A DNA stretch of 64,000 nt from Octopus sinensis (GCF_006345805.1 NC_043013.1:30876001-30940000); one strand, 5' to 3'. Numbered from the stretch's first letter, positions 14,510-28,234 are shown. A program made the numbers and translations. The notes: generated by a model from the letters alone, not told the origin.

Positions 14510-14950
14510 CAGGCGTGCCTGCTCCCGAACCACATGGCCTCGGGTTCAGTCCCACTGCATGGCATCTTGGGCAAATGTCTTCAGCAATAGTTTCGGGCTA
14601 ACAGAAGCCTTGTTAGTGGATTTGAAAAAAAGCCCGTTGTATATATGTGTGCTTGTATGTGTGTGCGTGAGAGAGAGACAGAGAGAGAAAGAAAGAAAGA
14701 GTGAGTGTGTGTACAACTGTATATGTGTCTGTGTTTTATGCTTGTCCTCTTCCACCACTTTACAACCGGTATTGGTGTGTTTACGTTCCCATTAACTAGC
14801 GGTTCGGCAAAAGGAACCGATAGGAAAAGTTCCAGGTTTTACAAAAAAGTAATACGTACTGGATGTCGATTCGTTCAACTAAAATTCTTCTTGGCAGTGC
14901 CCCAATATGGCCTGAGTCTAATGACTAAAACAAGTACAAAGATAAAAGAC
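14510..14950 (+). mobile_element. SINE-A copy, diverged
   Basis: gaaccacatgg...gggttcagtcccactgc...ttgggcaaatgtctt; internal TG/GA tract; tail ggcagtgccccaatatggcc...atgactaaaac. Confidence 0.8.
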
Positions 14951-15395
14951 AAACAATATCTTTCACCAATTCGTCTCAGATTTTTCAGTTCAATTAAGAT
15001 GTGATAAATCTAATCCGTCTCCTCAACAATAACAGTCATCTTAAGCTTTTTTGAAAGCAGTACACTCAGATATACAGAACACAGATTACTTCATATTGTG
15101 CAGTTTCTTCACCACAGATACTCAACATATTACATAGATTTTTTTATAATAAAAATGGGCAGTGATTATTTTAGATTAAAATATCTTCAGATTAATATAA
15201 GAAAATTTTTTGACAGTTGCAATTGTTTTGTTTATTTAATTTCTTATATCTGTTTCAGTTTTGGTTTTGTTTTTATCATACTTAAATAATTAACGCTCAC
15301 GCTTGTAAGTATAAATATATTTTTTTAAATGAGTCTATGATTTATCATTCCTTGCGTGAAATTTAGATTTGTATATATCTCTAGTCTTTTCTCAA

Positions 15396-15461
<66 letters not shown>

Positions 15462-15476
15462 AATAGGTTATATATG

Positions 15477-15562
<86 letters not shown>

Positions 15563-15869
15563 ATTTATATATACACAAACACACACACATATCTTATATT
15601 TATATATATTAGCTGGATCTGTGAAAACTTCACGGCAAGCATAAAAAATGTAAGCATCTATAAATTGAGTACTGGTGTCATGAGAAATATTTCTCTATTG
15701 TAAAATGTATAGAATATAGGAAGTAGCGTAAATCCTATAACTATATAATCCAACCAAAATATCTGTTACGCAAGCGTAAACAGAATTACTCTTTAGCCTT
15801 AAAATACATCGCATAATTTCAAAGAACCTGCTTGCTTTAAGGGTACGGAATGTACTTCTGATATTCTTT

Positions 15870-16105
15870 TATTCTTTTACTTGTTTCAGTCCTTTGTGGC
15901 CATGCTGGAGCATGGCCCTTAAGTCGAAGAAATCGTCCCCTGTAAACTTGGTGCTTACTGTATCGGATCTTCCGTTGAATCTCTAATTTACAGGGACGGA
16001 AACGCACCAACATCGGTTGTGAAGTGATGATGGTGGGGGTGGGGGCATAAACGCAGACACAAGCGCGGACACACACACACACACACATATATATCTATAT
16101 ATATA

Positions 16106-16153
<48 letters not shown>

Positions 16154-16230
16154 CGGTCTTCTTTCAGATTCCATCTAACAAATCCACTCTCAAAGCTTTG
16201 GTCGACCCGAGGCTATAGTAGAAGACACTC
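15870..16230 (-). mobile_element. SINE-A copy, 5'-truncated
   Basis: cttgtttcagtc...ggccatgctggagca...; internal CA/TA tract; aaatccactc...gaggctatagtagaagacac. Confidence 0.75.
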
Positions 16231-16723
16231 TACATAGTATAGAATTTAATTTGGTGTAGCCATCTGTTGGCAACGTATTTGCCTCACCCATTAGTATAGG
16301 ACATTACTCCTTTTTCTGGATTCTTTTCATAGCTATATCCTATTCGAAATTTGCATTAGCTTTTGTATTAAAAAAGGAGGAGGGTGCTTGTTTGTAGGTT
16401 GTAGAGAAAATATTAAACGTGCCTGAAGAAAAAACATGGTCCCCCTCCCCACGACTAAAAGACATGAGGAAATATCAAACAAGTCGAATAAGTAGCGGAT
16501 GTGGGTGGGGGGAAGAAGCGGGTACTAAAGCTCAATCCTTGTAGAATTCAAATGAAAACCGAGGCATCTGAAAGACTTACCTCCTAAATCTCTTTCCCTC
16601 TTTTTCATTGTTAAAAGTGAAGAAACTAGAAAAATTTCTGGGTAATTGTCATTTTAAATGAGTGAGGCATTCCCCTCCCTGACTCTATCGCTTCACTCCT
16701 TTCCTCTATTGTTTAGAGAGTGA

Positions 16724-16985
16724 AGGAGCGTGGTTCACTGGTTAGGGGTATTCGGCGCACGAGCATAAAGTCATGAGTAGGATTTCCGGTGGCGCGCTCT
16801 GTTCTTAAGCAAGGCACTCTACTTCACCCTGCTGCAGTCTGGTAAGCTGGCAAAAATTAGTCGTAGCTGTAATTCAAAGGGAACAGTCTTTTCACATTCT
16901 GTGTGAGGATGATCCTCCTCGAGAACTATGTTAATGGTATGCATGTCTGTGGTGTACTCAACCATTTGTACGTTAATTTTATCTT
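16724..16985 (+). mobile_element. Old SINE-C copy (tRNA-like head)
   Basis: ggagcgtggttcactggttagggg (A-box-like), degenerate B-box, cttaagcaaggcact core, then a tail. Heavily diverged. Confidence 0.5.
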
Positions 16986-17922
16986 CATGTGGTAATGAAA
17001 AGTGAAAGTGTCTTTGATTTAACAATGTGTCTATGTATCGCTGTGTCTACTTTTCTTTCGATGCACATATGAGTTCTACTCTGAAAATACTGATAAACAT
17101 TTAAAAACACAAAACGAACGCCATCTTACTTTCATTCACCACCCACTTTCTCTCTCACTCTCTCTTTCTTTCTCTCTCAATTCCTCCCGCTTTTAATTTA
17201 ACATTATATGTATGTATCTGTGCATGTATGTTTCTATTTTTCTTTCGATGTATGCATCAGTCTACTATGACAATACTGATAAATATTTCTTTCTCTTTCA
17301 CTTCCCCTCTGTCTTTCCCCCCTCCCGCTTGCCACTCACTTCAACTATACCTCCTCTACTTAATACATTTTATTTCTCTTTATCTTTGAACCTCTCTCTT
17401 CAACTTCTTCAACTTATTCCTTTGAGGTAATGTAACACACCACAACTAAGTACCTAAAAAGAACAAAAGTTAGCATATCAATATTTAGGGTCTTTCATTG
17501 CCATTAACAGAAAATGTAAAATTAATTTTTATTTATATAGTTTTATATATAGATTTTTTTTAATAGATATATATTCATAAAATATAAATAAGGTTTTCTT
17601 CTTGAGATACTAGGAAGAGAATTCTCTAGTAAAGTGCTATCAACCACTTCGGCAAATACACAAATACATAATTTTATAACAATGCAAGCGAATGATGCAT
17701 CGTAGCTATGAAATAAAAAAAAAATTATGATTGTTGCATTAAACAATAATTTTGAATATTTCTTTCCCATTTATTTTATATTAATACTAATGTTTTCAAT
17801 AGCGCCAACAACTACTTGAACACTATGGAATACATGACGAAATGTTTTATATTAATATTAATAGTTCGATCGTCAACAAGTTGACTTTAAAATACGTTAC
17901 CGCCTTAACAGGTGGTAACATT

Positions 17923-18506
17923 CTATTCTACTCTAGGCACAAGGCCCGAAATTCTGGGGGTACAGAGCCAGTCGATTAGACGACTCCAGTATGCAACTGG
18001 TACTTAATTTATCGACCTCGAAAGGATGAATGGTAAAGTAGACCTCGGTGGAATTTGAACTCAGAACGTAAAGACAGACGAAATACCTATTTCTTTACTA
18101 CCCACAAGGGGCTAAACACAGAGGGGACAAACAAAGACAGACACACGGATTAAATCGATTACATCGACCCCCCAGTGCGTTACTGGTACTTATTTAATCG
18201 ACCCCGAAATGATGTGAGGCAAAGTTTACCTCGGCGGAATTTGAACTCAGAACCTAGCGGTAGACGAAATACCTATTTCTTTACTACCCACAAGGGGCTA
18301 AACACAGAGAGGACAAACAAGGACAGACAAACGGATTAAGTCGATTACATCGACCCCAGTGCGTAACTGGTACTTAATTTATCGACCCCGAAAGTATGAA
18401 AGGCAAAGTCGACCTCGGTGGAATTTGAAATTAGAACGAAGCGGCAGGCGAAATACCGCTAAGCATTTCGCCCGGCATGCTAACGTTTCTGCCAGCTCGC
18501 CGCCTT
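17923..18506 (-). mobile_element. SINE-B with internal unit of about 185 bp repeated about three times
   Basis: ggtactta.tt.atcgac occurs near 17999, 18186 and 18369. Head aaggcggcgagctggcag at the right end. Flanks aacaggtggtaacatt (17907-17922) and aacagatgggaatatt (18507-18522) form a diverged 16 bp TSD. Confidence 0.85.
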
Positions 18507-18619
18507 AACAGATGGGAATATTACAATAGAAATGACTTCGATTATAGCTTTTTTTTATTATTGCTGGACACTCAAATTCCCAAAGCATCTGTCCTGGCAG
18601 CAAGATAATGGTTTTGTGA

Positions 18620-18785
18620 ATTAGTCAATTACATCGAACTCTGTCCTAATTTGGCACATATGATATCGGCCCGAAAGGCTGAAAAGCAAAGTCGACCTCG
18701 GCGGAATTTGCACTCAGAACATAAAGACAAAATGCGCTAAGAATTTTGTCCGGCGTGCAACTAACTGTGTCAGCTCGCAGCCTTC
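18620..18785 (-). mobile_element. Older SINE-B copy
   Basis: gcaaagtcgacctcggcggaatttgcactcagaac...cagctcgcagcctt. Confidence 0.7.
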
Positions 18786-20456
18786 TTAGCAACAATATAC
18801 TGAGAAAGAATAAGCGGAGATTTCAAAACAAAAATGTATATGGAACTACAATTCACGAGTTATGAAAAATTGTTAGAGTATGTTATTCCTGTCAATCCTG
18901 GCGAGATATGCACTTATATCAAATGTTTTCATACTGCTTCTTCACTACTGTCTTGTTTTTTTTAACCTCCGTTTAACTCTGATCAAGCAAACCTATAATC
19001 ACGAAAATTCTCGAACTGCTTATCATGTTGTGTTACATTACCTTAATTTGATCGCCATTTCTCGTATGGTTGGGGATCGCTTATGTGCTTGCTCGTCAGT
19101 ATCAAATTTGAAGGGGTGGAGCTGTACTTAGAAAAATAGGTTAAAATTTTAACTTCACTGATTAAGAGCCTATTTAATACAACCAATTATTTCACACAAG
19201 TACACAGGGCACCAGATTTAATATGCACGGTATCTTGTGTGATTAACAGGGTATGTATTGCCTCATAATACTAGTTGACAAGGAAAATTCTGGCTAAATA
19301 TGTCAGCACATAACGTGAGGAAATATTTATTTACTGGATGTAGTTTACTTGGTGCATTAATGTTTTAGCTACTCCACTGCTGTGAAATTCAAAAACAAAT
19401 TTTCAATTGCTTTTACTGATCGCGGTAGGTATGCATTAACTGATACTCAAACTTTTAAACATACATTTTGAACTTGACCCAAATAACATAACCGATTTCT
19501 TAATGGACGTTTTACAATACTTATTTTATAACAAACAGTAACAGATGAAACATTGGTATGAATTACAGATTAATATAATTTGAGGAGATCATAAATTCAA
19601 ATTTGATTTTGAAAATAAGTACTTTGCACCATTTTTGTGACTAAAACTTTAATATATAAATTTCACTATTAAAGTTGACATCTGTCTGGGGCTATTTCAT
19701 GTACCAATTATATTCTGATAAAATATGATGAGGTTAGTCCCATTGTTGTAATATTCATTTCTTCCCGTACCTGTTTATTTATAATATTCGCTACAAAATT
19801 CATATTTGGGAGTTTTTTCACAGAGTTTCGTTCGTTAATACTTTAAATAATAACTAAATCACAAACAAATAACCCATTTTCCTTGCCCAAAGTGTTAAGA
19901 TTATTCCTATTTTTAAGTGCCTCGTCATCTGACTCATTCATATTCATTGTATTTCATATCTTATGTCTCCCTTGGCTTCAACCATCAGCAATATATGTAA
20001 ATTCAATCAACAATTTCTAAAGAAAACCGTGGTTCCAAAACTTTTTTTCAGTTACGGATACAGTTCTCTAGTTTAATATATTGCTACGTGATAATGTTCC
20101 TGCAGCTGTCATTTGCATTATATACGTTATCATCGACGTTTCTTTTGTTGCAGCAAAGGAACTGCAATTAGATGAATGATCACAGGACGAAAAAATATAC
20201 GGTAAAGCGTATATTATTATATAATGAATTATTTATTCAAAGAAGAAAATGTAGTGTCATCATTATATATGTAGAGTATGATTAGGACAATTTATTATTT
20301 TTTTAAAAAGTGAATATATAGGCGCAGGAGTGGCTGTGAGGTAAGTAGCTTGTTTAACAACCACATGGTTCCAGGTCCAGTCCCACTGCGTGGCACCTTG
20401 GGCCCAAAGCCTTGTGAGTGGATTTGGTAGACGGAAACTGAAAGAAGCCCGTCGTA

Positions 20457-20500
<44 letters not shown>

Positions 20501-20504
<4 letters not shown>

Positions 20505-20774
20505 AATGGCTGACGGTTAGTAAGGAGAGACACAAATAAGTGAGAAGAAAACAAAGGACCACTGATGCGGTCACAGGAGTGTGACGAAATAACTCTGGCT
20601 GAAATAAGATTAAGATTAATGTAAAAAATAAATAACACTGAAACAAAGTAACACCAAATATATAGTGCGTGTGTTTTTATTGGCTAAACTGGCAAAATGA
20701 CCATTCCGAAATATAACAAATCTGTTTCAACACACGACTTCACATAAAAAATCTTGCACAACAAATATTTAAAC

Positions 20775-20775
<1 letters not shown>
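20501..20775. mobile_element. Candidate solo LTR (275 bp)
   Basis: Unique segment with TGT...ACA termini inside a (TA)n tract. The minus strand has CCAAT/AATAAA and TATA-like motifs. No internal domain to confirm. Confidence 0.3.
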
Positions 20776-20854
<79 letters not shown>

Positions 20855-20857
20855 ATA

Positions 20858-21363
20858 GCCTCTGTGCAGAATATAAGCTACTGGGAAAGACTCAAGAGAT
20901 TAAAACTCTATTCCTTGGAGCGTAGGCGAGAAAGATATGCCATAATATACATCTGGAAGATCCTGGAGGGACTTGTACCAAACTTTGGCATCGAGAGTTA
21001 CACAAATGCCAGAACAGGGCGCCACTGCGTGGTGCCTAGGACTCCAAATTTGCCATCAAGATGTAGGACAAGATACTGTGATAGCCTGGGCTTCCGAGGC
21101 CCACATCTCTTCAATATCCTCCCGAAGAACCTAAGAGACCTGCATGGGGTGGATGCAGATGTCTTTAAAATGAGACTGGATCTCTTCTTGTCAGGTATCC
21201 CAGATGAACCAACTTCACGGCAGGAGGTGCAGATGAGGGCAGCTGCATCGAACTCTCTCATGCACCAAATGGCAGTTGCTAAAAAGCATTTGTGAAGTAA
21301 AACCATGTAGCAACACCAAATGGCGGTGCCCCAGCATGGCCACAGCTCGTGAGCTGAAACTAG

Positions 21364-21397
<34 letters not shown>
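20858..21397 (+). mobile_element. 5'-truncated CR1-group LINE 3' end
   Basis: ORF 20864-21295 is nearly identical to the C-terminus of ORF 36627-39731 (YWERLKRLKLYSLERRRERY...). Same 3' UTR and (AATC)n tail. Confidence 0.95.
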
Positions 21398-21448
<51 letters not shown>

Positions 21449-22317
21449 CGTGTATGATTGTCTGTGTTTGTCCCCCTAGCATTGCTTGACAACCGATGCT
21501 GGTGTGTTTATGTCCCCGTCAATTAGCGGTTCGGCAAAAGAGACCGATAGAATAAGTACTGGGCTTACAAAGAATAAGTCTCGGAGTCGAGTTGCTGGAG
21601 TAAAGGCGGTGCTCCAGCATGGCCGCAGTCAAATGACTGAAACAAGTAAAAGAGTATATATTTATTGCTAAAACATTATTGTTATTGCTCAAACCCTTTG
21701 TAAATATTAATATTAATGTGGATAAGCTTATTTCGTGTGACAAAAGTATTTGTAAACTATCATTCGGATAAAACCTTAAGCAATAATAATTCTGACAATG
21801 AATGCATTTGGTGGCTGTCTGGGAAACAAACCAAACGGTAGAAGCCCTTCTCATCTCACGGTCTCCAATTTCACCCTCTTAGCACCACCTTCTCAGTCAA
21901 TAAGAGTTAACTTAACTCCGATGACGCCAGCCTCAAAACAAATTTCCGCAAGTTGTCTTCTATATCTTTTTCCCATACTAGGGCATTTTTTCTAAACACT
22001 TTAGCTCATTTAGCATCTTCAGCGTTATTTAAGGAAATGATTTAAAGTATGTTATAACCAATGTCATTCATAATGTTTATGAGTATTTTAAAAAACCAAT
22101 TGACTATACTAATGAATATAGAACAATTCATAAACAATGGACTATTGCCTCAGCTACTATGATTTCTATCTACAAACATTGTAGTCTAGTAGAATATATT
22201 ACTCCCGATTAGTTTTCCACTCTAGAGCATTTCATAAACACAGTATTGCATACATATGTTCATTACAATAGCCAATAATGTTACCTGCCTTTTATTTCTT
22301 TTTTACTCATTTAACTC

Positions 22318-22522
22318 TTTCACTTGTTTCAGTCATTTGACTGCGGCCATGGTAGAGCACCGCCTTTAGTCGAGCAAATCGACACCAGGACTTATTCTTT
22401 TTAAGCTTAGTACTTATTCTATCGGTCGCTTCTGCCGAACCGCTAAGGTACGAGACGTAAACACATCAGCATCGGTTGTCAAGCGATGTTAGGGGAACAA
22501 ACACAGACACACAAACACACAT

Positions 22523-22610
<88 letters not shown>

Positions 22611-22778
22611 GCATATATACGACGGGCTTCTTTTCAGTTTTCGTCTACGAAATCCACTCACAAGTCTTTGGTCGGCTCCAAGCTATAGTAGAAGACACTT
22701 GCCCAAGGTTCCACGCAGTGGAACTGAACCCGGAACCATGTGGTTCGTAAGCAAGCTACTTGCCACACAGTCGCTCCT
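22318..22778 (-). mobile_element. Near full-length SINE-A copy
   Basis: Complete tail, internal (CA)/(TA) tract and tRNA-like head (ggttccgggttcagttcc B-box on the minus strand). Confidence 0.9.
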
Positions 22779-23464
22779 CTTATTTCTTTTTATAGATTAT
22801 CTTGTTATGTTTACGATTATTTTGTTATGACTGTTTAATATCAGGAAATCATCAACATACATGTACCTAAAGTGTCCCAGACCAGTGAAGTCTGGGACAC
22901 ATTAATAGCTTTTTATCAAGCTATTAAATTATGGGGATGAGGTAGACGGGAAACAAAAGGTCAGTTTTGTCAACGGTTCAGGGATCGTACGGAAAAGCAT
23001 GAGTGAGAAAGTTCATGTGGTCGGAAATATGACCAGCATGGGCTTCGTTGTTTTGGGCGGTCTCGGCTGACGGACGCATATGAACGTATGAGCTAGAGGG
23101 ATTTTGCCATTAGGTTCTGGCCAGAGGTCAGTTGTATCCCTTCAGAGGTTAGATGTATCATTTCAGAGGCCAGATGTAACATTTCAGATGTAACCCAGCT
23201 GGAATGTTGACGCTGAAAGAGAACTCCAGAGGTAGGCGAGTCGTATGTACTTCATACTACATAAAAAATATTAATCATTTCATAAAATGAGAAAAATGGC
23301 TTAGCTTCGCGTGAATACTTTTTCGACATGTGTACCAGTGATGACGTTTAGATGAAAAAAAATCAAAATTGAACGTATCCAATACATACATACATACATG
23401 CATGCATACATACATGCATACATACACATACATATATAATACATATATCTATCTATCTATATAT

Positions 23465-23550
<86 letters not shown>

Positions 23551-24774
23551 GTAGAATATATATTATAAAATTTGTTCATTTACATCCAGTGGGAAATATA
23601 AAGGAACCAAAGCATTATTTTTTTTCCATGCTGAATATATATTAAATTTTAGTTGCAGAGGATAGTATGGATTCCAGATATTGCTATGTCTAATGGATTG
23701 AATGTAGCTTTCCCCCATGGATAAAGCGTTTGATCTGTAAATGTTGTGCTACACTCATATGTATTTGTTCAAATAAAACGGTTGTTTGATACCGATATCT
23801 GAAAAAAAAATAAAAGAATAGAAAACAGCATTTGCTAAATGAAGATCGTTACACTGCAAAAAAAGCGTTGATCCTGGAAACAGCGTGATATATTTTTCTC
23901 CATAAATTAATAAAATGAATGTTTACTATACTATAGCCTGAATAAGAAAAAGAACTAAGTATATTAAGGTAGATATTATAAAAAAATAGATAAATATTTA
24001 AATATATAAATAAAAGCTATACATCAGTACATAACATGTTTTTTAGAAGCCTCTGAAGCCCCAGAAGAAGATATGGCTTGCGGTAGATATAATACAATAT
24101 TCTCATGCTAAACTCAATTCATCTTGTCCCCCGCTAGTGAATTCTATGTGCATCCATAGGACGCCCTGAAGGATTTTTAAAATACACGTGTACTTTTATG
24201 CTGGGTTGCTATAAGAAACACATTGACTAAAATTACATGACATTCTACATTCGTTCGAATCTTGTTGAATATATAACTGATTCACTGTCATGAATTTAAA
24301 ATATATATGCCATTTCATTGTTTTTACACTCTACCTTATCTACCTAAGACCTGTGAAGCTGACTACTTTCCTGCCATCTCATTCAAATAACACTGACAAT
24401 TGCGATACGCATACACCCGTGATTCATAAAATGCCTACAGTCAATCTCTTCTTTCAGGACACTATATCCGAGACCTTGTCCAACACAGAGTCAATAGTTC
24501 TGAACAAAGGAGAAACGCGTAGAAATCCAATCATTTGTTCACAAAACGGGTTTGATAGAGATTGAACACAGCATATGTTTAGAATATATGTTTAGGGATG
24601 TGTGATAAGGAATTTGGTTCCCAACTACATGGTTCTGGCTTCAGTCTTATTGCATGGAAGCTTAGAAAAGTGCCTTTTGCTAAAGCCTTTCGAGTAGATT
24701 TGGTGGACGGACACTTAAAGATGTTCGTCGTGTACACACACGCACACACACACCAGACAAATATAAATAAATAA

Positions 24775-24808
<34 letters not shown>

Positions 24809-24967
24809 ATGTACGTGTGTGTGTTTATGTACGTGTGTATGTGTACGTGTGTGTACGTGTGTGTGTACGTGTGTGTATGGGAAAAATAAGTTCAGAAAAG
24901 AACAATAAAAACTTTTCTATAATTGTTTATGATATATTTATACCTATTACGATATTTTTCAACTACT

Positions 24968-24998
<31 letters not shown>

Positions 24999-25009
24999 CA
25001 CACACATAA

Positions 25010-25131
<122 letters not shown>

Positions 25132-25133
25132 TA

Positions 25134-26142
25134 CAGGGTCTTGCAGAGAAATTGAGGCAACTTTTGCGATGCATAAAACTGGTTATAAAACTAAAATAAT
25201 GGTTGTAGAAGATATAATTTTAACGTAACATTTATTACAACGAAAACATTTATCACTCTATATGGCTGCCCTTTTGGGAAATTATTGCCTCCATCCGAGA
25301 AGGCAAATTTTTCGCAGCTGCTGCAACATACGCTTTTCATTTTGTGTGTCACCCGCACGATTTCAGGTCTTCAACCTGTTGATATTCGACTGTGGTGAGG
25401 TATTGGTACTTGTTTGAAAAAAGTAACCAAGAAAGTTGAGATCTATACTGTTACTGGGCCAGATGCTGGCCCTCACAAAAAATGGCACCTTCTGTCTAAG
25501 TAAGGCCTCTGTTGTTTTTGACCCATGACATGGTGCAAAATCCTGGATAAGCACCACATTCTCAAGCCCAAATTTCTGCACCATCCAAAGTAACAGAGAG
25601 TTCTTAGGGATGTCCCGATACTCCTTTGTGCCGATCTTCAAGCTAGATTCAATAATGTTTGCATTCATAATATTTCAATGACTCGTCACGGATCCAAATA
25701 CCATCACAGAAGCAGGGTTCTTAGTCTCACACACAAGGGGAACGTCAGAATGTTGCATGCAACCACTCGAGAACTTGTGCGATTCACCTCAGCGTCCACA
25801 ATAAATCTCTTCTCGTCCCAAAACACTAGAGTTTTTTTCCTGCTTGATGTTTGATTGATGACAAGAGCTTTGGGAATCTCTCGTCTTTGATGGTAGTTAC
25901 GAGGTACTACATAACTAGTCATGCCAAAGTTCCTGTTCACAGCCCCTGGACACATTGGAAAGGGACAGATGGCATTTCTTTGCAAGAGTTGTCATGGATT
26001 GGCTTCAATCGAACGTTTGAGGCCAGCGACAAACTTTGGATTGCGCTTGGAACCACTTGGAGACTTGTGTCTGTTTCTATTAAGCTTTCCCTCTTCAAAT
26101 TATTTAAACACACTATAAACTTTTGCTTTTAGAATTTTCGTC
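25134..26142 (-). mobile_element. Tc1/mariner superfamily DD37D (maT-type) transposase remnant, one TIR retained
   Basis: TA|CAGGGT... TIR at 25134. Minus-strand ORFs give VFWDEKRFIVD and IQDFAPCHGSK...WPSNSIDLNFLGY, with 37 residues between the second D and the (mutated, G) third position. The 5' part is lost at the CR1 junction. Confidence 0.8.
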
Positions 26143-27070
26143 ACAAATAGTGAGTGGTGTTCCACAGGACACTGTCTTGGGACCACTACTTTTCATAGTG
26201 GACCTCTCAGTTATACTCTCAGCTGCCCGGATAGTCACCCTTGCAAGCTAAGCAGACGATGCGAAAGACTCGCAGAAAATACAAAACCCCAGCGATGCAC
26301 GCCTGGAGCAACTTGAAGATAGGCTGAGCACAATAATATGATATTTAGCACTGGAAAGGTCTAAGCCCTGCACTACCAGTGCCCAAAAGTGAATGAAATC
26401 TTTCCAGGGTACACTGGCCCAGGGGCGATTACAATCCTAAGTGCACATTAGAAGATTGTGACTAAGTGCAGACGGCTGGCTTGATGAATGGATCCTGAGG
26501 ACCTTTAGACCAGAGAGAGGGAAACCATGATGGTTCTCTGGAGAACATTCATCGCCAGCAGCTTGGAATACTGCTTCTATGGTCACCCCGGAGTGTAAAA
26601 TTAACAGCGGATCTTGAAGCAACCCAGTGGAGTTTCACAAATAAGATCGTCTCATTGCACAGCAAAAACTCTCCTCCCTGGAGCGAAGGTGTGAGAGATA
26701 TGCAGTACTAGACATCTGGAAGATCCAGGAAGGGATTCTGCACAGTGCCAGCGATCCCAACAATGCCGTCGGGCTTGAGGGCTAGTTACTGCAACAGCCT
26801 GGTTTTCAAGAGACCACATTATTTTTAATGTTCTCCCAAAGACACTGAGATACCAACAAAAAGTAGGTGTAGGTGTTTTCAGAACAAAACCGGATCTCTT
26901 CCTGTCGAGAATCCCAGATGAACCCCACTCGGAACAGGAAACGCAAATGACGGCAGCGACATCAAACGCCGTTCTTCATCAAATGCCATATATCAGGGAA
27001 GACTCTCGATAACAACAGTGTAGTTAAACGACGGTGTCCCAGCAAGGCCACAGCTTTCTGCTGAAACTTA
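26143..27070 (+). mobile_element. Old decayed CR1-group LINE 3' fragment
   Basis: QIVSGVPQDTVLGPLLF..., ADD motif with an adjacent stop codon; tail gacggtgtcccagcaaggccacagctttctgctgaaac. Confidence 0.8.
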
Positions 27071-27131
27071 TTAATGCATATACATACATATATGTGTATG
27101 TGTGTGTGTGTGTGTTTAAATTCTTTACGGT

Positions 27132-27865
27132 GTCTTAAGTTCAAAGCTGTGGTCATTCTGGGGCACCACTATTACTTTGTGAATGATTCTACTGATTCTA
27201 CTTTCCTCATTCGGGTTTCCTGTCGCGAGGTAGGCTCGTCTGGGTCCCTTGACAGGGAAGAGATCCAGTTTTGTTTTAACGACACCTTTACCCGCACCAC
27301 TCAGGTCACTCATAAATTTTGGAAGGATATTGAAGAGTTATGGGCCTTTGGAATCCAAGCTGTTGCAGTATCTGGTCCTGTATTTTGATGGAGATACTGT
27401 GATGTTTGCCGCTATGCCGCGTTCTACTGTTTGTGTAATATTCAACGCTAAAGTTTGGTACAAAGCCTTCCAGGAAGGTTCAGATATATATCACTGCATA
27501 TCATTCACGCCTTCCTCCAAGGGAGAAGAGTTTTAACACTTTCAGTCTTTCCCAGTAGCTGATACGTTGCATTGAAACGATTTTCTTCGTTGCATTACAT
27601 CGAGTTCGGCCGTTAATTTTATATCATGTTGTGACCATAGTTGGGAGCAGTAGTCCAAGCTGCTGAGGGCGTATGCCCTCCAAAGGGCCATCATTGTCTC
27701 CTCTTCTCTCGTTTTGAAAGTTCAGAGGATTCATCCAGCCAGCCCTCCGCATTTTATAATCAAATTGGTAATATGTACCTGGAGCGATGCATCATTGCTC
27801 ATGTCAATGCTCAGGTTACTCACTGATTTTTATTCAGGAATTGCGAGCTCTCCTGGTAGCACACA
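27132..27865 (-). mobile_element. Old decayed CR1-group LINE 3' fragment, tail-to-tail with 26143-27070
   Basis: Minus strand reads ...SSLDYCSQLWS..., RTRYCNSLDSKGP, LFNILP..., and ends ggtgccccagaatgaccacagc. Confidence 0.8.
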
Positions 27866-28234
27866 TAGATACTTTTGTTCTTTCATTTGTTTTAGTCATT
27901 TCACTGCGGCTATGCTGGTGTATGTGTGTATGAGATGTATTTCGCAACAATATCATAATTACTAAGAACTCATTTTTATATTATTGATAATTCTTGGTTT
28001 GTGTGATCTGATGAGAAGCTACTTTATGAACTATCGCAAAAATAAGAATGATTTTAGCGATATCGGTGTATATTCCTTGTGCGTGCTTTATTCATAATAG
28101 GAATCATTTCACATGCAGTGAAGTTTCTAAATTTAAAATAAAATAATTAAAATATTTCCTTCAATAATTATTCCATATTTATTCACTTTAAACGTGTCTT
28201 TTTATAATAACAAGTTATATAAATAAATAAATAA

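Larger units (their letters stand above)
20320..21655 (+). mobile_element. SINE-A split by nested insertions (5' arm 20320-20460, 3' arm about 21450-21655)
   Basis: Head ggcgcaggagtggctgtgaggtaag...ggtccagtccc. The 3' arm gacaaccgatgctggtgtgtt...ggcggtgctccagcatggccgcagtcaaatgactgaaac resumes after about 900 bp of inserted DNA. Confidence 0.85.

Noticed and set aside
24290-24565. Non-repetitive short ORFs as host exons (also 56962-57270, 16819-17025, 58736-58960)
   Set aside because: No recognisable domains or consistent exon chain. 16819-17025 is antisense to a SINE tail, and 56962 starts in a SINE fragment.
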